A stretch of 52,704 nt of DNA from Tubiluchus corallicola (GCA_030141605.1 JAQGDQ010001242.1:1-52704); one strand, 5' to 3'; shown: positions 26,362 through 41,070, numbered from the stretch's first letter. Made by a program: numbers and translations. The notes: a model not told the origin generated them from the letters alone.

Positions 26362-29227
26362 AACCCAGCATCGCAGAGAAGGCCTAAAAATTTCTCCTTG
26401 TAGCATAGCACGCAATACAACAGCGCCACCTGGGCCAATGACAGTAGGGGGAGCCCAGCATGACAGAACAGGCCTAAGAATTCCTCCTTGTAGCACACAA
26501 TCCAACAGCGCCACCTGTACCCATGACAGTAGGGGGAGCCCAGTATGACAGAACAGGTCTAAGAATTCCTCCTTGTAGCGCACAATCCAACAGAGCCACC
26601 TGTACCCATGACAGTTGTGGGGCCAGCATGACAGAGCAGGCCTAAGAATTGCTCCTTGTAGCACACAATACAACAGCGCCACCTGTACCCATGACAGTAG
26701 GGGGAGCCCAGCATGGCAGAACAGGCCTAAGAATTCCTCCTTGTAGCACACAATACAACAGCACCACCTGTACCCATGACAGTAGCGGGAGCCCAGCATG
26801 ACAGAACAGGTCTAAGACTTCCACCTTGTAGCACACAATACAACAGCGCCACCTGTACCCATGACAGTAGGGGGAGCCCAGTATGACAGAACAGGTCTAA
26901 GAATTCCTCCTTGTAGCACACAATACAACAGCGCCACCTGTACCCATGACAGTAGGGGGAGCCCAGCATGACAGAACAGGTCTAAGAATTCCTCCTTGTA
27001 GCACACAATACAACAGCGCCACCTGTACCCATGACAGTAGGGGGAGCCCAGCATGACAGAACAGGCCTAAGAATTCCTCCTTGTAGCACACAATACAGCA
27101 ACGCCACCTGTACCCATGACAGTAGGGGGAGCCCAGCATGACAGAACAGGCCTAAGAATTCCTCCTTGTAGCACACAATACAACAGCGCCACCTGTACCC
27201 ATGACAATAGGGGAGGCAGCATGACAGAGCAGGTCTAAGAATTCCTCCTTGTAGCACACAATACAACAGCGCCACCTGTACCCATGACAATAGGGGGGAG
27301 CCCAGCATGACAGAACAAGCCTAAGAATTCCTCCTTGTAGCACACAATCCAACAGCACCACCTGTACCCATGACAATAGGGGGGAGCCCAGCATGACAGA
27401 ACAAGCCTAAGAATTCCTCCTTGTAGCACACAATACAACAGCGCCACCTGTACCCATGACAGTAGGGGGAGCCCAGTATGACAGAACAGGTCTAAGAATT
27501 CCTCCTTGTAGCACACAATACAACAGCGCCACCTGTACCCATGACAGTAGGGGGAGCCCAGCATGACAGAACAGGTCTAAGAATTCCTCCTTGTAGCACA
27601 CAATACAACAGCGCCACCTGTACCCATGACAATAGGGGGGCAGCATGACTGAGCAGGCCTAAGAATTCCTCCTTGTAGCACACAATACAACAGCGCCACC
27701 TGTACCCATGACAATAGGGGGGAGCCCAGCATGACAGAACAAGCCTAAGAATTCCTCCTTGTAGCACACAATACAACAACGCCACCTGTACCCATGACAG
27801 TAGGGGGAGCCCAGCATGACTGAACAGGCCTAAGAATTCCTCCTTGTAGCACACAATATAACAGCGCCACCTGTACCCTTGACAGTAGGGGGAGCCCAGC
27901 ATGACAGAACAGGCCTAAGAATTGCTCCTTGTAGCATACAATCCAACAGCATCACCTGTACCCATGACAGTAGGGGGAGCCCAGCATGACTGAACAGGCC
28001 TGGGAATTCCTCCTTGTAGCACACAATACAACAGCGCCACCTGTACCAATGACAGTAGGGGGAGCCCAGCATGACAGAACAGGCCTAAGAATTCCTCCTT
28101 GTAGCGCACAATACAACAGCGCCACCTGTACCCATTACAGTAGGGGGAGCCCAGTATGACAGAGCAGGCCTAAGAATTCCTCCTTGTAGCGCACAATACA
28201 ACAGCGCCACCTGTACCCATGACAGTAGGGGGAGCCCAGCATGACAGAACAGGCCTAAGAATTCCTCCTTGTAGCGCACAATACAACAGCGCCACCTGTA
28301 CCCGTGACAGTAGGGGGAGCCCAGCATGACTGAACAGGCCTAAGAATTCCTCCTTGCAGCACACAATACAACAGCACCACCTGTACCCGTGACAGTAGGG
28401 GGAGCCCAGCATGACAGAACAGGCCTAAGAATTCCTCCTTGTAGCACACAATCCAACAGCGCCACCTGTACCCATGACAGTAGGGGGAGCCCAGCATGAC
28501 AGAACAGGCCTAAGAATTCCTCCTTGTAGCACACAATATAACAGCGCCACCTGTACCCTTGACAGTAGGGGGAGCCCAGCATGACAGAACAGGCCTATGA
28601 ATTCCTCCTTGTAGCACACAATACAACAGCACCACCTGTACCCATGACAGTAGGGGGAGCCCAGCATGACAGAACAGGCCTAAGAATTCCTCCTTGTAGC
28701 ACACAATACAACAGCACCACCTGTACCCATGACAGTAGGGGGAGCCCAGTATGACAGAACAGGCCTAAGAATTCCTCCTTGTAGCACACAATATAACAGC
28801 GCCACCTGTACCCATGACAATAGGGGGGAGCCCAGCATGACAGAACAAGCCTAAGAATTCCTCCTTGTAGCACACAATATAACAGCGCCACCTGTACCCA
28901 TGACAGTAGGGGGAGCCCAGCATGACAGAACAGGCCTAAGAATTCCTCCTTGTAGCACACAATACAACAGCGCCACCTGTACCCATGACAGTAGGGGGAG
29001 CCCAGTATGACAGAACAGGCCTAAGAATTCCTCCTTGTAGCACACAATATAACAGCGCCACCTGTACCCATGACAGTAGGGGGAGCCCAGTATGACAGAG
29101 CAGGCCTAAGAATTCCTCCTTGTAGCGCACAATACAACAGCGCCACCTGTACCCATGACAGTAGGGGGAGCCCAGCATGACAGAACAGGTCTAAGAATTG
29201 CTCCTTGTAGCACACAATATAACAGCT
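26362..29227. repeat. Minisatellite, 85-bp unit, ~34 copies, in intron 2 of the CD225 gene
   Basis: The 85-bp period is also seen in the spacing of the spurious ORFs (26642, 26727, 26812...). Confidence 0.98.
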
Positions 29228-29234
29228 TACTTAC

Positions 29235-29375
29235 TTTTAGTGAGAAGTAAATGGCTACAAATCCAACAGGAAAGAAACATAATATTGTTGTGATGATACT
29301 CAGTACGATGTACGTGGGAGCTGGTTCACCAGTCAGCATGCCATCTACCGGATTCCTGGCGAATACATCAGCCAT
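29235..29375 (-). CDS. CD225/dispanin gene, exon 2 (MADVFARNPVDGMLTGEPAPTYIVLSIITTILCFFPVGFVAIYFSLK)
   Basis: P..Y...SI....CF.P.G..AI..S CD225 signature; TTTTTTCAG acceptor, GTAAGT donor, phase 0/0. Confidence 0.93.
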
Positions 29376-29544
29376 CTGAAAAAACAGAAGAACACCTTTA
29401 AACTAATTTGAATCAGTTTCGTTAAAAATACATAAAATTTTGTCTGCGAATCTCACGTTTTGTTTAATAATATCATCAACAACAATGCCATCGTCGCCGT
29501 CGCCGTCGCCATCGTCGTCATCATCATTATCATCATGGTCATCA

Positions 29545-29900
29545 TCAAGTAGGTAAGTATGTGAGTGAGTACGTGAGTAAGTAAATAAGTAAGCAAGCAA
29601 GCATGCAAGCAAGAAGTAAGTAAGCAAGCTTGCAAGTGAGTAAGTAAGCAAGCAAGCAAGTAAGCAAGCAAGTAAGTAGTAAGTAAGTGAGTGAGTGACT
29701 GAGTGAGTGAGTGAGTGAGTGACTGAGTGACTGAGTGAGTGAGTGAGTGACTGACTGAGTGACTGAGTGAGTGAGTGAGTAAGTAAGTAAGCAAGCAAGT
29801 AAGCAAGTAACAAGGCTACAAAGCAAGTAAGCAAGCAAACAGCAAGCAAGCAAGCAAAAAAGCAAGTAATTAACCAAGCAAGAAGCAAGAAAGCCGGCAA
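29545..29900. repeat. Compound TAAG/CAAG/TGAG microsatellite
   Basis: Directly visible. Confidence 0.95.
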
Positions 29901-30042
29901 ATAAGTAAAAATGGTTTATTTACTCCTGAAAAACTCTTATTCGCCATTTCTTGCATTTAACACATTTTAAGGAAATGTTTGCACAAAAGCATTAATACCG
30001 ACAACGAAAGCGGGTCATTTTCAAGCTAATCGGGTTGTTCTA

Positions 30043-30493
<451 letters not shown>

Positions 30494-30889
30494 AAACATT
30501 CTTGTTTCTTACTTGTCTTATTCTTTACCTTTTGTTTAATACTTTGCCAAATAATGAACAACCTCAAAACAATTAGTAAGAAACGACTTCTTATTTCTTC
30601 ATTTTTTTCTCCTTTTACGGCTCTTCAAACTCCGTAATTAGTGTGAAACAACGGTGACTGTGAGCGATGCGTTTGTTCAAGGGCGTAAAAAACAAAAGCG
30701 TCGTAATAAAATGACGCAAAACGAAAAAGTAGACCGTACCGTGAATGCATCCCATTGTCTCACACGAAAACGTTGAGCCATCTGCTGGAATTGAACCAGT
30801 TATTAATGAGCTGGCGGAACTGGGCTGTAATTAGCTGTGACGTGTTGTAGTGTCTTTTTAGACGAGATTCAAGGACTTGAATACGGATA

Positions 30890-31930
30890 CGGAAAACCGG
30901 ACCCAATCTTATAGTATCAAAATAATCTACCCTATAAAATATATAAAGCAAACGTACTACTTTTTCAAGAATGGCTTACGTGAAAAAATATTACCACAGA
31001 AACGTAATTTCGCGTTCGCATCACTAATTCTTCGGTGTTACATGCATTTCGTCATTCGCTAGTTAGACGGGCACTAGCGCCTGCATTTCGGAAATACACT
31101 GCACAAAAACAGGTGCTGTACCTCTCAGCTCAGATGTGTTAGTTTGTGACGAACTACATACGTTGGACAGCTCATGCGTGAGCACAGGCGGTAAATTTGA
31201 AATTTGAATTTTTATCTTAAAACTTGTCTAGTCACGATAGACGTTTACGAAAAGTCACGACGTCCACCAGTTACGTCATAATTTTCAAGTGAATGCCGGC
31301 CAACGCTGCAGCTAAAATTTCGATGGTAAAAATCAATTTTATGCAATATAGACGGTTTTTGCAAATTTCTTTGCTATGCTTTTCTACGCTTAAAGCAAAA
31401 CCGGATCCAATTTTAAACTGCAGGTCAAAACAATCTACTCTTTAAAATATTAAAAGGAAACAAAGTATTTTTTTCCAAAATGGCTTACGTGAAAAAATTA
31501 TTACCACAGAAACAGAATTTCGCGTTCGCACCACCAATTCTTCGCTGTTACATGCATTTAGTCATTCGCTGGTTAGACGGACACTAGCGCCTGTATACAT
31601 GAAAAGCTTTGTACGAAAAACAGGTGTTGTATCGGCTCAGATGTGTTCGGTTGTGACGTAGTACACATGTTTAAAAGCTCATGCGTGAGCACGGCAGTAA
31701 ACTTGAAATTTGAATTTTTATCTGAAAACTTGCCTAGTTTTGGAATGTTTTTGATGTTGAAAATTATGTTAGTTTGTGATGTCATCAATAGGTGACCTCG
31801 CCCGCCAGTGGTTAAGATTTGAATCTATAATTTAATTATCAGAAACGCTTTTGCAGTATTAAATGTGTTAAAATGTATACTTTTTATCCGACTTGAAAAT
31901 GGAGTAGTATATGAAAAACCATCTTTTTAA
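30890..31930 (+). mobile_element. Two family A (Kolobok-type) fragments (~30890-31230, ~31390-31930) separated by a family B fragment
   Basis: Shared blocks TTAGACGG.CACTAGCGCCTG and CTCAGATGTGTT...AGCTCATGCGTGAGC, as in other family A copies. Confidence 0.8.
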
Positions 31931-32132
31931 TAAATTTCCTAGACAAACATTTTTTAATGCTTAACAATTTATAACCCAATCAGCGTCCCATTAAATACGT
32001 TTCTTCTACACGAGTTTAACACATTTATACCAACTGTCCCATTTCTTTGAGCGATAAACGTTAACAAAGAGACCTTCAGTTGAAGACCAACTTAGAAGCT
32101 ATCATAGCTATGAGTTATCTGAAAGGCAAAAG

Positions 32133-32809
32133 CAGGGGCGTAGCCAGGTTCTAAAGTTAAGGGGAGCAAGGATGTAAGAAAAGGCGCCGTGACACGTACC
32201 AAACAATTTTTAATGCATTGATTATACATTTTATTTATTTATTTATTTATTCATTCATTCATTCATTCATTCATTCATTCATTCATTCATTCATTCATTC
32301 ATTCATTCATTCATTCATTCATTCATTCATTCATTCATTCATTCATTTATGTATTTATGTATTTATTTATTTATCTAATTTTTAGTTTTAATTTTAATTT
32401 TAATTTTAATTTTAATTTTGTGTTTAAAAACAAAACGTGAGGCGGATACAGTTTTAAACGAAGTACATGATTATCATTTTTGTATTTAAAAATAAAACAA
32501 TGAAAACATTTATAGGTAAAACAACACAACTTTATTAAGACTTGTACTTGACAAAGATAAAAGTTAAAATGATCTTAATTTTTTAATTTTGGGAAGTAAA
32601 ATTTTAATAAACTTGTGTTGTTTTAACTATAAATGCTTTCATGTTCCTGTAATGTGACTTCATAAATTTCAAAACATAACAAAACACGTGTGTTATCCAA
32701 ATATTAAGCGTAAAATACAAGCAAAATGAATCAGTTTTGGCGCTGTTGAAAATGATACTTGGTGTAGCGGTTGCGCCCCTTCCCCGCCCCCCTACTAGCT
32801 ACGCCACTT
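32133..32809. mobile_element. hAT-type MITE with an internal (TTCA)n tract and an internal foldback (32501-32641)
   Basis: Termini CAGGGGCGTAGC / GCTACGCCACTT; 8-bp TSD GGCAAAAG at 32125-32132 and 32810-32817. Confidence 0.85.
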
Positions 32810-33204
32810 GGCAAAAGCAAAAACGGAAGACATGGTACAGCCTAGTTTAAATGAATCGTATCTCTGACATACAAAGTTACTGTACGAAGTTCAAGTGGCG
32901 ATTTAAAAAAGTGAAATTAGTTTAGATTTGCGATACGCTTATTGTAAGCGTGTTTTATCAACGAATACGTGCATCCTTGCGCGGTAGTGAGACACAAAAT
33001 TGAAATTTAGTTCAAGTCCAACTGAAAATAAGTGATTGCAACGTGTTCGAGACACACAGTCAGATTGTCTAATGTTTCTGCCAATATGGGAAAGCTTAAT
33101 TAGTCAGGTAATAGTATGTCACTGACCAGGTGTGAGTGGAGTTGTAGGCCTAATTAGTCAGATTTGCATTTAGTAGTTAATCAGCTCGAACATATCATTC
33201 TAGG

Positions 33205-33382
33205 TGATAAAAAGAAGAAAATGAAGAACAAAAAATGAAAAGAAAAAAGAAGGAAAGGAAGAAGAACAAAAAGAGAAGAAAAAGGAAGAGAAAGAAAAGG
33301 AAGAAAAAAGAAAAGAAAAGGAAGAAGAAAAAGGAGGAAAAAGAATGTGATTGCGATAACGACGAGGATGTGGTGATAGATG

Positions 33383-33440
<58 letters not shown>
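33205..33440. repeat. Purine-rich low-complexity tract and (GAT)n
   Basis: Directly visible. Confidence 0.9.
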
Positions 33441-33659
33441 CAACTAGATGTAGCTAAGATCTTTCAGCTGATAAAGTCCATGAGGGACGAAACTCCTGAG
33501 AAAAAATAAAAAATTGTTTGAGACTTAATGGCCATTTTGACCTCCTTTAACGACAATGACCTTGAATCTTGGAATCCAAGAATCAGAAGAATGTTGAATC
33601 TTATTGTCAAGCTAGCGACAGAAACAACACGAAAATTTGATAATATTAAAATACAGCTC

Positions 33660-35152
33660 TTAAACTCAAAGCAAAACCGGGTCCAATCTTAAACTGTAGG
33701 TTCAAAACAATCTATTCTTTAAAATATTGAAAGGAAACTTACTACACGTGTGAAACCATTATTACCACACAAACACAATTTCACGTTCGCGCCGCTAGTT
33801 CTTATTGCATGTTACATGTTACATGCCACTTGTTACATGCATTTCGCCATTCGTTAGACGGGCACTAGCGCCTGCATTTCCAAAATGCTTTGCACAAAAA
33901 ACAGGTGCTGTACCTCTCAGTTCAGATGTGTTATTTTGTGACGAACTACACGCGTTTGACAGCTCATGCGTGAGCAAAGTGGTAAATGTGAAATTTGCAT
34001 TTTTGTCTTAAAACTTGCTTAGTTTTGGCACAGTACATCGAATATCTTAACTAACTAGAACCTTACTTAGTTCATTTTTTCTTGTTCCCAAGCAAGATCC
34101 TGCCAGTAAATCATTCTACGCACAGATTAATGCATAATTAAGTAAAGTAAACGTAAAACAACTGAAGTTACTGAACTGATGCGGCAAACGGTTTTGCTTT
34201 ACCAACAGTCACGTGACGGTTGTAGTTAAGACGCGTTGTTGTGGTACGCTTAAACTTTGGCCTACAGCAACTGCGCGTGCGCATAACGAAACTAGCGAAA
34301 AAACTTATTTTACTATATCGCATTGAACTGCGTTATGCTGCTAACCGGAAACGGAGATTTACTGCTAGCAGAGATGTTTAATGCGCTTAATCGATAATTT
34401 CCATCGCATTTGGACTGTTTTATAAATTAGAATGCGATTGATTTGAGTAATCTTGGACTATCTCAATCAATCTCATAACGATGCACAGGGTCTGGATTAG
34501 AATAAAACCGGATCCAATCTTAAAGTGTAGGTCAAAACAATCTAGTCTTTTATATATTGAAAGGAAACTTGATTTTTTTTCAAAAATGACTTACGTGAAA
34601 GAATTATTACCACACAAACACAATTTCACGTTCGCGCCACTAGTTCTTCGCTGTTACATGCATTTCACTATTTGCTAGTTAGACGGGCACTAGCGTTTCT
34701 GAAACACTTTGCACAAAAGCAGGTGCAGTTCCTCTCAGATCATATGTGTTAGTTTGTGACGAACTACACACGTTCGACAGCTCACGCGTGAGCACAGCAC
34801 TAGAATTGAAATTTGAATTTTTATCTCAAAACTTACCTAATTTTAGCACAACGCACTAAATATCTTACAGTAGCACTGTACTTCAATTTTCACTTTCGCA
34901 AACACGTGCAACACGCTCGTAAAATATTTTTGCAGTTGAAAATTATGTTAGTTTGTGACGTCATCAATAGTTGGGCTCGCCCGTCGTTGATTAAGTTTTC
35001 AATGCGTTATTTAAAGCTGTTAAGACTGTTACTATTACAACAGCAAGGGCTGCGAGGCCTTCTCAAGTGTACACAAATGCGTTGTGTGGTGCACTTAACC
35101 TTTGACCTTCTCACGATCATCATCAATCGCTGGAACTGTGAAAAGGCTTATT
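33660..35152. mobile_element. Cluster of family A fragments (33660-34050, 34500-35011) and family C halves (34052-34295 +, 35012-35152 -)
   Basis: Block similarity to the other copies in this window. Confidence 0.8.
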
Positions 35153-35704
35153 ATGGCGTGAGTATAACAATTTTTTTATCATAGCAATTAGATTTGGGAC
35201 AATTTGATCCTTGGTTTAATCCGTCAACATTGACAAATGAGTTACCAAAATGCTAATTTTAAAAACACAAAATTGCCAATTTCGAAAAACGTGCTTGGGG
35301 CAATGGTTGCGCCCCTTGCTCCCCTATTAGCTACGCCCCTGGCTGCAGCCTATGATCCGCCCCCGACGACACGAGATGGTTTTTGCTTTAAATGCATTGT
35401 TAGTACAGGACTGTTTTTCTAATCAGTTGAGTCTGAATCTACGTAAGTCTATTTTCATTAGTTTAATGACCCGCAGACCTGATTCTCGTGAAGCGTCTCA
35501 CGTTACGTTATAGGACGTTGTAAAGAGATTTCCCGTATTGCACGTTTGTTTTGCTTGAGACCTGGTCGTGGATAAGTTTATAGATCTATACAAAACACGA
35601 CGTGTTTGAGATGATACAAATGTATAGTGGAATTATTGTCACGATAATCGTGAAATGTAGGTCGTTTTTTTATTAAGTTATCACGAGAAATGAAAATGTA
35701 CGCT

Positions 35705-35978
35705 TTGCGTGTGTGTGTGTGTGTGCATGTGTGTGCATGCATGTTTGTGTGTGTGTGCGCTTTGCGTGTGTGTGTGTGTGTGCTGTGTGTGCGCGCGCAC
35801 GTGTGTGGGTGGGTGTTTGAGGGTGTGCATTCATATGTGTGTGTGTGCTGTGTGTGTGTGTGCGTGCGTGTGTTTGTGTGTGTGTGTGTGTGTGCGTGTG
35901 CGTGTGCGTATGTGTGTGCGTGCGTGCATGTGTGTGCGTGTGTTTGTGTGTGTGCGCACGTGTGTGTGTGTGTATGTG

Positions 35979-36031
<53 letters not shown>

Positions 36032-36185
36032 ATGTGTATGTGTGCATGCGTGTGTTTGTGCGCGTGTGTGTATACGTGCGTGCATGTGTGCGTGTGTGTG
36101 CATACGTGTACGTGCATGTGCGTACGTGTGCGTGCATGTGTGCGTGTGTGTGCGTACGTGTGCGTGCGTGTGCGTGCATGTGTTT
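35705..36185. repeat. Degenerate (GT)n/(GC)n purine-pyrimidine tract
   Basis: Directly visible. Confidence 0.97.
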
Positions 36186-36384
36186 GTACAGACATTGTAA
36201 TACGCAATGAAAACAAATGTGCGCCTACCGAAGAGAAGAAAACAGTTTGTAGACACAAAACGTCACAGAAACATTCCAAACCCTTTTATCTTTTGGTCAC
36301 AAGTTCCATTTTATCAAAGCTGGACATCCCAAGTACAAAAAAGAGCAAATTCCTACAGCGCTTTTGTGTTGAATTAAAGCAATA

Positions 36385-37373
36385 CTCTGTTAGCCACGAG
36401 TGGTCAAAATGCCACACTAAATCTTGCCTATATTTGATCTCACTCTGTTAGCCACGAGTGGTCAAAATGCCACACTAAATCTTGGCTATATTTGATCTCA
36501 CTCTGTTAGCCACGAGTGGTCAAAATGCCACACTAAATCTTGCCTATATTTGATCTCACTCTGTTAGCCACGAGTGGTCAAAATGCCACACTAAATCTTG
36601 CCTATATTTGATCTCACTCTGTTAGCCACGAGTGGTCAAAATGCCACACTAAATCTTGGCTATATTTGATCTCACTCTGTTAGCCACGAGTGGTCAAAAT
36701 GCCACACTAAATCTTGCCTATATTTGATCTTACTCGGTTAGCCGCGAGTGGTCAAAATGCCACACTAAATCTCGCCTATATTTGATCTTACTCTGTTAGC
36801 CACGAGTGGTCAAAATGCCACACTAAATCTCGCCTATATTTGATCTTACTCTGTTAGCCACGAGTGGTCAAAATGCCACACTAAATCTCGCCTATATTTG
36901 ATCTTACTCTGTTAGCCACGAGTGGTCAAAATGCCACACTAAATCCCGCCTACATTTGATCTTACTCTGTTAGCCACGAGTGGTCAAAATGCCACACTAA
37001 ATCTCGCCTATATTTGATCTTACTCTGTTAACCACGAGTGGTCAAAATGCCACACTAAATCTCGCCTATATTTGATCTTACTCTGTTAACCACGAGTGGT
37101 CAAAATGCCACACTAAATCTCGCCTATATTTGATCTTACTCTGTTAACCACGAGTGGTCAAAATGCCACACTAAATCTCGCCTATGTTTGATCTTACTCT
37201 GTTAACCACGAGTGGTCAAAATGCCACACTAAATCTTGCCTATATTTGATCTTACTCTGTTAACCACGAGTGGTCAAAATGCCACACTAAATCTTGGCTA
37301 TATTTGCTATATTTGATCTTACTCTGTTAACCACGAGTGGTCAAAATGCCACACTAAATCTTGCCTATATTTG
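36385..37373. repeat. Minisatellite, 58-bp unit, ~17 copies
   Basis: CTCTGTTAGCCACGAGTGGTCAAAATG recurs at 36385, 36443 and onward. Confidence 0.98.
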
Positions 37374-37670
37374 AGACTTTCTAGGTTTCTAGTAAGATGA
37401 ACTCGCGTCTCCAAACAGCAGTAAATTCAAGGCTCATTTAAGCACAAAATCCTCAAACATTAACTGCAGGCATACATGCGTGTTTACCTCGTTAAACAAT
37501 CAATTCTCTGCAAACAGCGTTTAAAGATGCATCCGAGAAGAGGAACAGGGAGATTGTTCGAGAAAGAGGCGACCGCAACTGTGCCCAAGCTGCACCCTAG
37601 AGCAACTGTAGCAAAGAGTCCTAGAGCCTAGAGTGGGCTAGATCTCAACAAGCTTGCGAACCCCCCCCCC

Positions 37671-37872
37671 CAGCTTTGGCAACATTTGGTAAAAAAACGT
37701 GTTTTTTTTTTGTGCTACGGTTGTGCTGAAATATTTGCTAATTTGGTTTGCAATAAATGGTAAAATCAGTTTGGGGGGTTTTGATTTTACCATAGATTGC
37801 AAACCAAATTAGCAAATATTTCAGCACAACCGTAGCACAAAAAACAGTTTTTTCCAAATGTTACCAAAGCTG
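37671..37872. repeat. Long foldback palindrome with ~95-bp arms and a short loop
   Basis: TTTGTGCTACGGTTGTGCTGAAATATTTGCTAATTTGGTTTGCAAT is followed by its exact reverse complement. Confidence 0.92.
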
Positions 37873-38139
37873 AAGGGTAACCCCCCAAAACTGACCTTTT
37901 ATCCCTGTCACTATGGTCATCTTCAATTCGAAGGACGAACATCATCACAAATGGTAAAATAGTGGTATTTGTTAAAGAATATTTTTATTGACAAACAAAA
38001 CATGGCTGTTCTAGTTTATTTAAAGAATTTGCAATGAGTTTACTTCCAGCTAGGTAAGTGTTGTTAAGATATATCACGAGTAAAAAAAATATTCAAGACG
38101 ACTGTGGGGGCGACATGTATGTAAAGCAAAGTCGTCTAT

Positions 38140-38382
38140 AGCATCAGTTCTGTACTTCGGTTGTTTTACGTGAACATAACTTATTTATGCATTAGTCTGT
38201 GCGTAGAGTGATTTACTAGCAGGATCTTGCTTGGGAACAAGAAAAATGAAGGTTCAAACTGGTAATATTACGACAGCACGGGCTGCGAGGCGTTGTCAAG
38301 TGTACACAAATGTGTTGTCTGGTACGCTTAACCTTTGACCTTTCACAATCATCATTAATCGCTGGGACTGTGGAAAGGTTAT
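38140..38382 (-). mobile_element. MITE family C, partial copy
   Basis: Reverse complement of ~22100-22340. Confidence 0.75.
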
Positions 38383-38588
38383 TAAGAGAGTTAAAAAAAT
38401 CAAAACAGCTATAGTTTGATAAACAATTCGATCATATTTAGAGCAATTAAAACTCACAATTAAAATTTCCTAACTAAGCAGGTAGCCAACTGGGCGTGTG
38501 ACTGTGTGACGTCACACATTCGGGACAATAAAGTTGGTTTGTGTGAAATGCAAAAGCCACACCTTATTGTTTGACAAAAAGAGCTTAC

Positions 38589-39398
38589 CTGGTACTTTCT
38601 CCCATTTTGCATCTGTTTCTCTGATGTGATGACCGGACGCGGTGGCGGCACCGGAGCCCGTCCATTTCTAACGACTGTCGGCGGCGGAGTAAAATCGTAA
38701 TCCGGATCCGGAGTCTGCATGTGTCCGTTCATCATGTGACGTGGCACCCCATTAACGGGATGCGTCACCGACGGATACTGCTCATATCCTCTAGGAGGAA
38801 GCGGCTGACTTGCCGTTCGAGAATCCGGAATTAGGGGAGGTGGATAAAGCTCGGGAATGTTGATGTCATACTCCGACCGGGTGTCGTTGTACGGAGGTCT
38901 GTCGCCTCTGTGAAACTCTTGGCGGGACGACGACGGACGATACTCGGACCTGGTCTCGAAGTCCCGATGTTGGTAGTAGCGGTCTCTGTGTACGGGAATA
39001 TTATAATGCGACGCTGACCGCTGCTGACCTGAGGTCATCGTGTCCTCGTTGTACGTTCTCGGTATGTAGGTAGACTGCGCATGCCGGATCGGTTCCGTCT
39101 GCGTCCCGATCTCCTCTCGCCGAAGATCGCGTTGGGAGACCGCCCGTCTGGCTCCTTCGGGATGTGGTGGCACGCCGAAATTTGGACGTCGCCTCTCCCA
39201 ATCGGGCGCGTTGTCGATGTCCTTTAGACTTCGTGTCCGACTCACATTCTGACCTCTTCTCTCCACAAACATGCTATTGCTGTGTCCACCGCTTACAGGA
39301 CCGTCCACATAAAAGCTATAATCCGGCGGCGGCGTCTCCAACTCCCAGAGTGACTTGGACTTGAAACGACTGACGTGATTCCCCCGGGCCGGATACAT
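38589..39398 (-). CDS. CD225/dispanin (PRRT1/PRRT2-like) gene, exon 1: 270-aa Pro/Arg-rich, probably disordered N-terminus
   Basis: GC-rich ORF ending KYQ at a CAG|GTAAGC donor, phase 0, joining the CD225 exon; in-frame stops just upstream of the ATG. The exon 1-2 join is inferred from phase and family architecture. Confidence 0.82.
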
Positions 39399-40265
39399 GC
39401 TGATCTATCAAAAGCACTGACGTGTGATACGAGACAATGCTAGCATCTTACCACACAACACAAATGGCCTAGAGACATGTGCGACCACGTCGGATTTAGT
39501 TCTGGTAGTAAATTACGACGTCGAACCCGTGTTGTCTACGCTTGGACAGGTAACCAGCGTAACTCTTGTCAGTCGTAATTTACCGATTGCACTCACAGAA
39601 CACTTTTGAAGGTGAACGGTTTAAATTTGCACCCAGCGTCTGCACAAACACGCACACGCGCACTGCTCACAAAATTAGCTTGATGGGTTACCACCGCGCA
39701 GTTTGGTGATGACTTTCCGCTGTCTCTCTGCCCAGAACTGGGGCACCTACCCGTCTTCTCGCATCATCAACTATCAGTCGAAGAAGTGGACTGTTGCAAG
39801 CATCTCAAGGAGATTTGCGTTAGCTTGGGGCTACAGGCGTCCCACAATTCTAATCAACTATCACAGCAGCGCGGATCCAGTCTATTCGCTACCATTACCA
39901 TCAAATACTTCACAAATCAAATCATAAACTAAAAATGTGCGGATTTGTTTGAGAAACGACAGGCGTCGATTTTGTTCATCGAACTTGCACCACAATTTTT
40001 GCGATCTTTATTTCAAGATATCGAAGCTTGAGATGTTACTGCACACCCCTTATTATAGCCGCCTCGGAACAAAACTTACATTGTGTCAGAGATTGCCATG
40101 AGTACATACATTTCTGAAGTCAAATTAGGTTGTCAGCAAGGATAGGTGTATCCCACTAGGCAAAGAAAAAAAATTGCAGTCAGAGAAAAAACAGAATTAC
40201 ACTTAATAATTATTGATTTTTACATAATTTATGCAAAAATGAAGTGAGAAAAATAAAAGATAGTA

Positions 40266-40770
<505 letters not shown>

Positions 40771-40898
40771 TCAACATACAATATTATTGAAACAAAAAGA
40801 AACAGTATAGATAAAAAAACGTTGATGAAGTCAAATTAACCAAATAAAGGAGTTGCTGTATGACACCTTGAAAGTTTGGCTTGTTAGGGTGGCACAAA

Positions 40899-41070
40899 TG
40901 AGTGAATGAAAGAATGGTTAGGGTTAGTAGACATGATGGAATGGAAAAAATAGTAAGATTAGGGATAGGAAGAAGGAAGGGAGGGAAGGATGAGTGAATG
41001 AAAGAATGGTTAGGGTCAGAAGAAATGATGGAATGGAAAAAATAGTAAGATTAGAGATAGGAAGAAGGAA
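40899..41070. repeat. ~92-bp tandem duplication, followed by (CT)n/(CTGT)n at 41088-41308
   Basis: TGAGTGAATGAAAGAATGGTTAGGG occurs at 40899 and 40991. Confidence 0.9.

Noticed and set aside
26183-29215. Series of 64-160-aa Cys-rich ORFs
   Set aside because: Products of the 85-bp period, which is not a multiple of 3; intronic.
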